Positions 48,701 through 64,000 of a stretch of 64,000 nucleotides of DNA are shown one piece after another. The stretch is from the NCBI RefSeq assembly GCF_009914755.1, contig NC_060946.1; one strand, written 5' to 3'. This stretch comes from the human T2T-CHM13v2.0 reference genome, Homo sapiens. The position numbers and the translations under genes are program-made. A model generated the notes under the pieces. The model had not been told where the DNA came from and ran no database searches. It saw only the letters and a program-made list of their open reading frames with translations. The stretch's first letter is position 1; every line of letters starts with the position of its first letter.

Positions 48701-49630
48701 AACTTTGATAGTAAAGGACATCTCAAATATTTAGACATTTGCTTTCAGTTTAGTCAATTATGAATACAGCTATTATAAACCTTCCTGTGTCTTGTTTGGA
48801 AACACAATTTTTAAAATGTAACTGAGGAAATACTTAGGATTATGATTACTTGCTTGTATGGTAAGACTACATTTTTCTTTGTAAGAATTTCAGTAGAATT
48901 TACCAGTGAAATCATCTGAATATACTGTTTTAGTTTTTTGAAAAGATATTAATCATTGATTCAATTTCTAAAATAAATATAGGCCTATTCAGATGATCTA
49001 TTTCTCCTGAGTTTTGGTCTTCTAAAATAGATTTTAACAGTTAGCCCATTTCATCTACTGTATCCAATTGTGAGCACAGATGTGTTCAGGATATTCCTTT
49101 ATTATTTACTATTTTTTGATTTGACTCTTCTTAAACAGATATTATTAGTATACTGTGACTTCTTTCTTTCCTTTGTGGGTAGCCAAGGTAGAGGTTTATC
49201 AATGTTACTGATCTTTTCAAACAACTGACTTTTGGTTTTGTTGATTTTCTCTGAGGATTTTCTGTTTCCTATTCCATTGTATTCTGCAATCGTTATTTAT
49301 TTTTCCTCTGTTCTATATCACACTGCTGTTTTTCTCTCATTGCCCAAGTTGAAGCTAAGATTATGAATTTAGACATTTCTCATTATTGACACAGCATCCT
49401 GAATGTAACTCATTGAATGTAATCTCATTAAAATGCACACTTAATAATTAAAATGATAAATATGCATGCTTCACTACAATTTGAAAAACACAACAGGGTA
49501 GATGATCAATGTAGTGGCAGGATATGTAGATCCACAGAAGTTAAATGATCTTGTAACATTTCATAAAATTGGGGATTTGCCTGGACCTTCAAATGGGGAG
49601 GAGGTGTGATGAGATGCTGTCGCTGAACCA

Positions 49631-51597
49631 TACAGTGCCTTTCTGTATTAAACTGTTCTTAAGGTGACATTGATGAGGTTGCCCTAGCTGGAAAGCCAAG
49701 GCTCTTTCATTTCTTTCTGCCCCTCTTCTTTGCCTTCCTTCAACACCAAGGAGAATGGTCCAGCAGCAGCTCAGTCCATGCCTGTCAACCGCCCACCTCC
49801 ACACTCCAGACCCAGTCCATATCCCCCAAGGCTCCTTGTGGGATTCCTCAGCAGCACCAATGCACTGACTGTCACTCTATGTTCTCCTAGGTCCCATTGA
49901 AGATGTGCAGGCGTCTGCACACGGCGGTGTGGAGGAGAATATGACATCAGATATTGTAAGATGTATTTCTTTCTCTGGAAGAGAAATGCTTTTTGTTTTT
50001 TCTGGGGCTTCTAGAATATCAAGTGAGTATCATTTTTGACTGCCATCATGATTCAGGCCTCAGTGTCATGGACTCTAGCGACCGGTCACTGGAGGTTATG
50101 ACCAGCTGAGGCCTGATTGAAAATGGCAGTCAAAGGACGGCATCACTTACAAACTGTTTGGTAGTGAGTGTATTTCTCAGTAGCAACCTTTTCTCCTTGA
50201 AAAATAATTTTGTATTTGCCAGCCAACATAGACTTGCTAAATATTCCAAAAAACCCACTGCATGTTCCACAAGCATCCTCTATGCTTTATTTGGGGGCCA
50301 GTGACTTGATCACTGTTTCACATCCGGTTTTTTATTTCACCAAGTGAATAAAGGCCTTTGCCAACAGAACCCAGCATGATCTGATCCTCATGGTGTTTTT
50401 TTTTTCTCTTATTGCAGAGAAAGTCGAAAGCCCAGCGTCAAGTCTGTACATATACTTTTTTTTTTAAACAGCTTTATTTAGACATAGTTGACATGCAAAA
50501 CAACTCACCCATTTAAAGTACGTGATTCAGCGTTTTTACTATATTTACACGGTTGTGCAACCATTGTTACAATCTCATCTTAGAACCTCTTTATTCCCCC
50601 CTCAAAGAAACCCCACTAGTAGTCACTCCTGTTTTTCCCATCTCCCATGCCCCTGGATCTAGGCAGCCACAAATGTACTTCCTGTTTCTATAGTACAGTG
50701 CTTTTCTGTATTAACCGGTTCTTAAGGTGACTATTTCGCATTGATGAAGTTGCTCTAGCTAGAAAGCCAAGGCTCTTTCATTTCCTTCTGCCCTTCTCCT
50801 TTGCCATCCTTCAACACCAAGGAGAATGGTCCAGCAACAGCTCGGTCCAAGCTTGTCAACCGCCCACCTCCACACACTCCAGCCCCGGTCCACATCCCCC
50901 AAGGCTCCTTGTGGGATTCCTCAGCAGCACCAATGCACTGACTGTCACTATGTTCTCCTAGATTTGGTCGAAGATCTCAGTGAATACCCATCTGTCCATC
51001 TTGAAGACCTCATGACACCGGAGATGGTAAGATGCATTTCTCTGTCTGGAACAGAAATGTTTTTTCTGGGCCCTCTTGCCTTATTAATGAAATGAAGATA
51101 TAAAAATCTGACCATGTATATTATAGAAGACAAATACAATTTTTTTGTTGGCTGGAACATCAAGGGAATATCATATTTGATTGCCGTCATCCACCAGGTC
51201 TTGGTTGATCATGGACTCTAGCGACTGTCACTGGAGTTTATGACCAACTGAGGCCAGTTGGATGATGGTAGTCAAAAATGAGCGCATCACTTACAAATTA
51301 TCTGGTAGTGAGCATATTTCTCAGTAGCAACTTTTTCTTCTTGAAAAATAATTTTGTATTTGCCAGCCAACAAAGACTTGCTAAATATTCCATGAAAACC
51401 CATTGCCTTTTCCACAAGCATCGTCTATGCTTCATTCGGGGGGCCAGTGACTTGATCACTGTTTGACATGTTGTTTTCTACTGTCACCAAGTGAATAATA
51501 GACCTGTGCCAACAGGGCCCAGCATGATCTAATCCTCATGGCGTTTTCCTTTCTCCTATTGTAGGCAAAGGAGAGACGCGAAGATTACCTCTGTAAG
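49631..51597 (+). repeat. Diverged tandem duplication (units ~49631-50450 and ~50693-51597), each carrying a 65-nt and a 28-nt exon
   Basis: Both units start tacagtgc(c/t)tttctgtatta and share long collinear intron sequence; an L1M fragment separates them. Confidence 0.92.
50455..50692 (-). mobile_element. L1MB-like 3' fragment between the two C22orf42-like tandem units
   Basis: cagctttatt...cacccatttaaagt...ttgtgcaaccat is typical of L1M 3' ends. Confidence 0.65.
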
Positions 51598-52050
51598 TAT
51601 ATCTATATATATATATAGATATATATATAGTAGATATATATTTGTAGATATATATATCTATATATATAGATCTATATATATGTAGATATATATCTATATA
51701 TAGATATATATATGTAGATATATAGATCTATATATAGATATATATGTAGATATATATATCTATATATATAGATATATATATTGTAGATATATATCTATAT
51801 ATATAGATATATATATTGTAGATATATATATCTATATATAGATATATATATCTATATATAGATATATATATTGTAGATATATATCTATATATAGAGAGAT
51901 ATATATTGTAGATATATATATCTACTATATATAGAGATATATATTGTAGATATATATATTGTAGATATATCTATCTATATATAGATATATATAGATATAT
52001 CTATCTATATATAGATAGATATATTGTAGATATATCTATCTATATATATA
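51597..52050. repeat. Long degenerate (TA)n/TAGA microsatellite (~450 bp)
   Basis: Direct reading; fills the last intron of the C22orf42-like gene. Confidence 0.97.
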
Positions 52051-52206
52051 TTTTTTTGAGACAAAGTCTTGTTCTTTTCCCCTAGGCTGGGTTAACATGG
52101 CACAATCTCGGCTCAATGAACCCATCAGCTCCCAGGTTTGAGGACTTCTCCGGCTTCCGCATCCCGAGTAGCTGGGATTACGGACGCCTGCCACCACACC
52201 CAGCTC
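52051..52206 (-). mobile_element. Alu right arm (antisense), exonised from 52086
   Basis: ttttttgagac...cctag|gctgg...cccgagtagctgggattac matches antisense Alu. Confidence 0.88.
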
Positions 52207-54333
52207 AAATCATTTTATGAATGCATATTTCCATCTGGGTGAAAAAAAAATCACAAGCCTCTCTCTCTTCCTACTGAGCACCTGTGAACAGTGACCTGCA
52301 GTTTGTGGCTGCAGCCAGTCCTCATGGAGCCTGCTGTTCTTACATTTCATTCTGAGGCTCACATTCTCAGTCACCATGCAGAAGAACACCCGCCCCATCC
52401 TGGGTCATTACAGAGTGGGCCAATCCATCTGCTGCATCTGAGGAGCTGGGTCCAGCTTCTACGGTGAATCCATATATTTCTGTATTTCCTGGATAAGGAA
52501 GAGGAAAGGAGCTGAGCTGGTGGAGGAAGAAGATCTAATATTAACTGACTCCTTATTTTGTACCAGGTACTGTGTTAGTTACATATTTTATCTCATGTAA
52601 TTCTTACCAAATAGTAAGGGGGTTGGGAGTGATGGAGACAATATTGATATTATCTCCATTTTAGGGTGAGAAAATGAAGGCTCAGAAAGGTTATATAACT
52701 TGCCCAAGGTCACTCAGCTGCTGAGAGCCAGGATATGAAACAGAAGTTTTACATTAGAAGCGTTCAAATTTATTTTCAATTTCCCTGCTCCATTCTGAAT
52801 AGGTATTGGCATTTACCCTTGGGCTATGTAGAACAAGTGCTTTGTCACCAAAACACCTATTGTGAACTCTTTCTGCCCTAGTAGGATTCATGCATTTTAT
52901 CTTCTTCAAAGTAAAAACCTTTAAGAGCCAGGAATCTGCCACACTGACTCTCAACTTAAATCTCAGCCACTTTTACCTTAAAATTCAGACTTGTGTAGAT
53001 ATCTCTAGAAGACTTGGTGGACTAATCTTTAAGAGTTAATTTGCATGAGGGAGGAAGAGGAGCCCACATTTGCACCAAAGACATGCCTAGAAGTCGGAGC
53101 AGGAGGGTCAGCAGGAAGTCTGTTTCTTAGAGTTCCTCCAGCCCAGTCTGAGTGGTAGAAATCAGGAACTGAAAATAAATCTGAAAGTTGTTTGAAATGA
53201 TGGTAAGACATGGGTAACATAATATATTGGGGGTTTGTGTTATAAATGAGGCTATTTTCTTATGTTTAGTATTTTGTAATTTTAGTAGAGATGGGGTTTC
53301 ACCATGTTGGCCAGGCTGGTCTGGAACTCCTGATCTCAAGTGATCCCCCCACCTCAGTTGGAGTGAGCAGGACCTGGCCTTCCTGTCTGCCGAGAGTATG
53401 GTGTGAACATCATCCTAAGTGCCTCGAGAAAGCAGCTTCCTTATTGTACCATGTCTTCCCCATCTCTTTGTGTGATGATGGCAATGACACCAGCAGAAAT
53501 TGGTGAGAGGGGCAGAACAGGAATCAGGTCCCCACTTTTCTGACACAGAGCAGACAGGACACGAGTCAGTAGGGATGGACTTCAGGGTCAGGCCAGACAC
53601 AGAGAGGTCCCAGACCTGATCTTCCTGGGTCTGGGACAGATAAGTTTTCATTTTTCACCTCTTCTGGAAGTCACCTGGGGAATGGTCCTTCAGTAGACAC
53701 TGTTGGCCAATGGTTGTCTGGCCCAGAAATATGTTTCAACTAGACGTAGCCCCCCAGTTCTTGGCCAGGGCAGTGGCAGCGCTCCCGAGTAGCAGGGGAG
53801 GTGGGGAGGGACACGAGTTCCAGGGCAGGGTGAGCTCAGCAAAGGGGTGGGGACTGACCCTAGGGTCCAGGTCATCGAATCCACAACACCTCAGTTTCCA
53901 CTTACTTTGGAGATGGTTTAACATCTTCAGTATCAAACTTGGGGTCTTCCCACAGATGGATAGAGGAACCCTGGCCATGGGTGTTTGCTGCCAGGGCAGT
54001 GACTGTCTCTTCCTCATTTGTTCTTATCCCAGAGCTCAGTCCTGGGGAAGACACATTAGGCCCCATGAATGTTTTAATGAACACACTCCAGAGATGAGTT
54101 CTAGATCACCCCTGGGCTGGTATCTAGTGCAGGTGTGGAAAGGTTTTCTTCACAGCCTGTCCAGCCTATTGAGCCCCACACTCATCCTGGAGCCTGCCCA
54201 GCTTATGATTCAGGGTCCCTGGAGATGAGGGTGAGCTCCTGAGGACAGCGAGTTGCCCCTACCTCTCTGCTCCTGCCGCTGTGATCTTGTCTAGACAGGG
54301 TGTGCAGGGCCATGCTCTTCCACTGGGTGCAAG

Positions 54334-54348
54334 AGCGCCCCCTGCTGG
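54334..54348 (-). promoter_or_regulatory. Consensus CTCF core motif (CCAGCAGGGGGCGCT)
   Basis: Near-perfect match to the CTCF consensus; occupancy not known. Confidence 0.7.
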
Positions 54349-54664
54349 AATCCCTCTGGACCTGGATATTGTCCTCATGGTCATATCCCCAGCCCCACAC
54401 AGTGACTGGCCCTTATGCAGATGCCCAGGAAGTAACCTTAAATGTATGGTAGGATCAGAGCAGCAAACGATTCTGCAGAAAAAAACACCAGGATAGGGGA
54501 GTCTTGTCTTCCTCATTTCTGGATCTCTGGAGCTGTCCCATCTAGTGTGGTTCTCAGTCATATATGTGCCTCTTCATGGTTAAATAAATTTAAATATATA
54601 CAATTAAAAATTCAGAACCTCATCAACAGAGACCATGCAATGGCCCAGCAGCCACATGTTTATA

Positions 54665-56963
54665 CAGCTCGAGTTTTCCTTCTTTCCACCCTTTGATGAG
54701 AACATGATCTTCAGGCTGGTGCTGGTTTACCAGAAATTCTCGGGGTGGTACATGTGCTAAAAGACTTTTAGTTTTGAGGGAAAGGAAAGTGGGAGATAAA
54801 TCAAGTATATAATTTTTAAGAAATGGACCTTTTATTTTAAATGTAGGGACATCAGCAGTGGACTTTATAGTCCTTGGTGCCTTCTTACTGAGAAATTTCC
54901 TTTAGCACCTATTTTTATTAGTTTTTAGACCAAAGAAAGCCAAACACCATTTTATATTTGACAATGCTTCCTGTATGTTTATACCAGATAAGCTAGATTT
55001 CACCTTTATATTAGTGTTATTAATGTTAAACAGTTTTAATAAAACTTTGTAGACATATTTATTCAACTTTTAATGTCTGACCATAAGATTTTTATAGGCT
55101 TTTTTAACCTTTTATAATTTTTGTCAAACAGCAGGTTAGCGCTTTAAGAAAAACCCGTTGTGTTTTTATTTTAATGTCCAGTTCACAGAAAAACTGGATG
55201 ATACCCCTTTAACTTTAGCCAATGTTTACACACAGAATTTTCTTTACAATTAACATTTCAAAACTTGCTTAAACCTTCAAAACTATTTTTGTAACCTTTT
55301 AATGTAGGTAAAAATTCATATTCTTATGCTTCCTTATAATCCTTTTACCAAAGGCATATTTTACTTACCTTATACACCTTGCACATAAACTGTTTCTTCA
55401 ATAGTTTTACATTCAGGAGGACTAATTAATTTAAATTATACAACATTTCTTGCATAAATTTCTTTTTCTAACACTTTTTTTCATGACTTTCACAGACAAT
55501 TCTTCGACATGCCTCAACTTTCTGACTTATTGGAAACATCCCTTTCTTTAAACAACTAGTTAGTTTATTTCAGGACAAGAATTTTCCATATAACATTCCT
55601 TTTGCACCCCCAATTTTTTCTTTTTTCGAAGATGATAACCATTCTTTTCCAAAGCAAACTTCCTTCATGTCTGTGGACTAGATTTTCTAAGGCCACAGAT
55701 TAGAAATTACCATAATACATGTTACACTGTTAACTTTTAGCAAAACAACTTTACTTTTGTTGAAAACCTTGTAAGTGTGGGATTTCAATTATCCTTTGCT
55801 ATAAATAAGACATTGCTTAGTCCAAATTAACTTAGAATTGGTATAGATGGCTTTTTTTTTCCTGGTTCTGTAAGTACTTCAAGGCTTGGCTGAGTGGCAA
55901 AGTTGAGCAGACCAATTATTAGGCAATTTTCCTAACTCTGCTTCTACAAGAGTTTTCCTCAATTACAGAATACTGATTGTGTTTTTTTTTCCTTAATCAC
56001 CTGGGAGGAACTATCTATCATCCTGTCCTGAAGGTAGTTCCTCCTAGGTCTGGTCAGACCTTTGTATGGTAATTAAGATTTAAATCCCCTGTTAGGAAAT
56101 CTGCTGGGTTAAGGGAATTTTCAGGGGTTTATGTTAAATCATCTTTTTCTAACGGAGTAGCCCCATACTTTAAGATTTTTGAGTTATGAAGCTACCTTTT
56201 TGCTTTTTTTTTTTTTTTAATTAGGATACTTCTGAACTGGTGAGGTGTGCTCACAATGAGGTTTCCTCTAAAAGTTATCTTTCTACTTTCTTCTGTCAGC
56301 AAAGCAGTTGCCGCTACAGACTGAATGCATTTGGGCCATCCGTGGGTTAGTGGGTTCACGGAATTCACATCAAATCAGAATCAAAACCAAAACCAAAGTG
56401 CAGATAAAGGCACGCCCGTTCGTCAAGCAGTTTAAACCAAGTGAAAATCAAAACCAAAACCAAAACCAAAGTGCTGATAAAGGCACGCTGTGGGTGATCA
56501 GGCCATGCTTCCACTCAAATGGAGTGGACAAGTTCCCAAGACCGGTCCTGTCAAGCAGCTCAAACCAAGTCAAAATCAAAACCAAAACCAAAGTGCTGAT
56601 AAAGGCACGCCCGTTTGCCTAGGAATTCAAACCAAGTCAAAATCAAAACCAAAACCAAAGTGCCGATAAAGGCATGCCGTGGGTGATCAGGCCACGCTTC
56701 CACTCAAATGGAGTGGGCAAGTTCCCAAGACCAGTCCTACCGTATTCCAGATATCTGGACTCCAAGCGCCAGTTCCTTCCCGGTGTTCAGCCACTGCACT
56801 GATCCTCTGCGGGGGCCTGCCATGCACTGCTCTGACGAGGCATTGCACCGGGGCAAATGCCTACCCAGGAGCATGCTCAGGAACCGCGTAGCTCAAGCTG
56901 GCCGGAGTCCCCTGCAGGGATGCTCCACAGGGCAAGCCTAAGCTGCCTAAGAGGCTGCCTCGC
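54665..56963 (-). mobile_element. ERV1 internal region (MER4-group/MER61-int-like), non-coding and truncated; no 3' LTR seen
   Basis: Contiguous with the PBS; AT-rich sequence typical of non-autonomous ERV1 internals; no gag/pol ORF in the track. Confidence 0.72.
56370..56740. repeat. Tandem repeat in the ERV leader; four copies of the aatcaaaaccaaaaccaaagtg...gataaaggca core with alternating tails
   Basis: Cores near 56379, 56446, 56573 and 56641. Confidence 0.85.
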
Positions 56964-56981
56964 TTCCCGGTCAGGGAACCA
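56964..56981 (-). other. Retroviral primer-binding site complementary to the 3' 18 nt of tRNA-Glu
   Basis: Plus strand reads TTCCCGGTCAGGGAACCA, the tRNA-Glu 3' end including CCA. Confidence 0.9.
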
Positions 56982-56986
56982 AGAAA

Positions 56987-57292
56987 TGTAGCAGGATGAG
57001 CCACAGACAAAACTCCTCAGACACCGGGTTAAACAAGGAAGAGGCTTTATTCGGCCGGGAAATCGGCAGACTTGCGTCTCAAGAACAGAACTAAGCTCCC
57101 CGAAGAAAGAGTTCCTGGCCCTTTTAAGGGCTTACAACTCTAAGGGGTCCAGGTGACAGGGTCGTGATAGACTGAGCAAGCATGGGGTACGTGACTAGGT
57201 GGGGGTAAGCAAGGCAAGTATTTCTCCACACCATTGTCTGTGATCTATAGATAGCACAAGCGATTAGGGTGGGGGTTAATCTTCAGCCTACA
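56987..57292 (-). mobile_element. ERV1 5' LTR, MER61-like (306 bp)
   Basis: TG...CA termini on the minus strand, AATAAA at 57051-57046, followed 5 nt later by a PBS. Subfamily from recall. Confidence 0.8.
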
Positions 57293-57778
57293 GGCTAAAG
57301 CAACACCAGAGAGGATGGAAGTGAGACCCCTGGAGTTGTGGTTGTGGTCAGATTGGACCTTCCCGTGGCTGCTGAGACCCTGGGGCATTGGAGACACCTG
57401 AGGATGCCTCCCTGCTCTTACTTTGTGGTCACCAAGAGATTGGGGTTACCACAACCCTATAATGTAGAGAATCCCTGTCCCCTTCCATGCCACTTCATTC
57501 TTTAGGGAAGCAAACGCCCTCCCAGGAGCTCATTCCCATTCCTGGGCCACAGTCAAAGGGAAAACCTGATCCAGACATGAATTTCCTTGGGCCTCTGCAT
57601 TTCCAGACATCCTGTCATTGCATGCATGGGGCTGACTGTCTCATCTCAGCTTCAGAAGGGCAGGCAGAGTTGTGGACACCCTGCTGAGCAAATGCCCACC
57701 GGAGTCAGGGGTTCAGCTTTCCTGCATCACTGCTGCAGGTGGGGGCTGGGGAGGGGGGCATAGGGGGTCCTAGGGAGT

Positions 57779-57806
57779 AGTTTTTGTATGAGCCTGTGTC
57801 ACAGCA
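57779..57806 (+). other. 12-bp-spacer recombination signal sequence: nonamer AGTTTTTGT, spacer ATGAGCCTGTGT, heptamer CACAGCA
   Basis: Exact 9-12-7 geometry abutting the J-like segment; lambda J segments use a 12-RSS. Confidence 0.85.
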
Positions 57807-57843
57807 CTTGATGTTTAGCAGAGAGACCCAGCTGACCGTCCTA
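57807..57843 (+). pseudogene. Orphan immunoglobulin lambda J-like segment (LMFSRETQLTVL; FGXG motif lost)
   Basis: CTTGATGTTTAGCAGAGAGACCCAGCTGACCGTCCTA resembles IGLJ segments (WVFGGGTKLTVL type) and follows an RSS. Confidence 0.85.

Positions 57844-64000
<6,157 letters not shown>

Larger units (their letters stand above)
48195..52141 (+). pseudogene. C22orf42-like paralog; exons 48195-48269, 49891-49955, 50418-50445, 50962-51026, 51565-51592, 52086-52141; first coding exon not recognised
   Basis: Spliced frame GLDARSKRWLKIIWRRHGIWPLENI-GPIEDVQASAHGGVEENMTSDI-RKSKAQRQV-YLVEDLSEYPSVHLEDLMTPEM-AKERREDYL-CWVNMAQSRLNEPISSQV* closely resembles the C22orf42 protein as recalled. All introns are GT-AG and phases are compatible. 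Confidence 0.82.

Noticed and set aside
53039-53046. Octamer ATTTGCAT (Ig promoter element)
   Set aside because: A single 8-mer is expected by chance in 64 kb; no leader or V exon follows.
54398-54437. CACAGTG heptamer suggesting a V-gene 23-RSS
   Set aside because: No acceptable nonamer at 12 or 23 nt and no V-like coding sequence upstream.
56370-56740. Repeat-spacer-like array
   Set aside because: Intervening segments repeat each other and lie in an ERV leader of human DNA; not CRISPR.
56964-56981. tRNA-Glu-like sequence
   Set aside because: Only the 3' 18 nt with CCA, next to an LTR; it is a PBS, not a tRNA gene.
57300-57778. Possible Ig lambda constant exon near the J segment
   Set aside because: No GQPKA-type C-lambda sequence found by eye here or elsewhere in the window.

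Overview
Human genomic DNA (a human-specific AluYb8 is present), recognisable as the 5' half of AP1B1 (AP-1 adaptor beta-1 subunit, 22q12) on the minus strand. It contains a CpG-island promoter and non-coding exon 1 (~29.8-30.0 kb) and coding exons 2-5 (8.6, 4.4, 1.3 and 0.2 kb), all with canonical splice sites. Upstream of the promoter (about 40-64 kb) is a mosaic duplicon with four parts. (i) A six-exon, in-frame, plus-strand paralog of C22orf42, built from tandemly duplicated 65+28-nt exon pairs and ending in an exonised antisense Alu. (ii) A truncated ERV1 (MER61-like) provirus with an intact tRNA-Glu primer-binding site. (iii) An orphan immunoglobulin lambda J segment with its 12-bp-spacer RSS. 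(iv) Starting at the end of that J segment, a direct-orientation copy (>6 kb, ~56.1 kb offset) of the AP1B1 intron 3/exon 3/intron 2 region with a 100% identical exon 3. Identity between the two copies is patchy, suggesting gene conversion, and the arrangement is a substrate for a ~56-kb NAHR deletion of the AP1B1 promoter and exons 1-2. The rest is Alu, L1, L2, MIR and MaLR repeats; most ORFs in the supplied track are repeat-derived or incidental. Family names come from recall, not database searches, and repeat boundaries are approximate.
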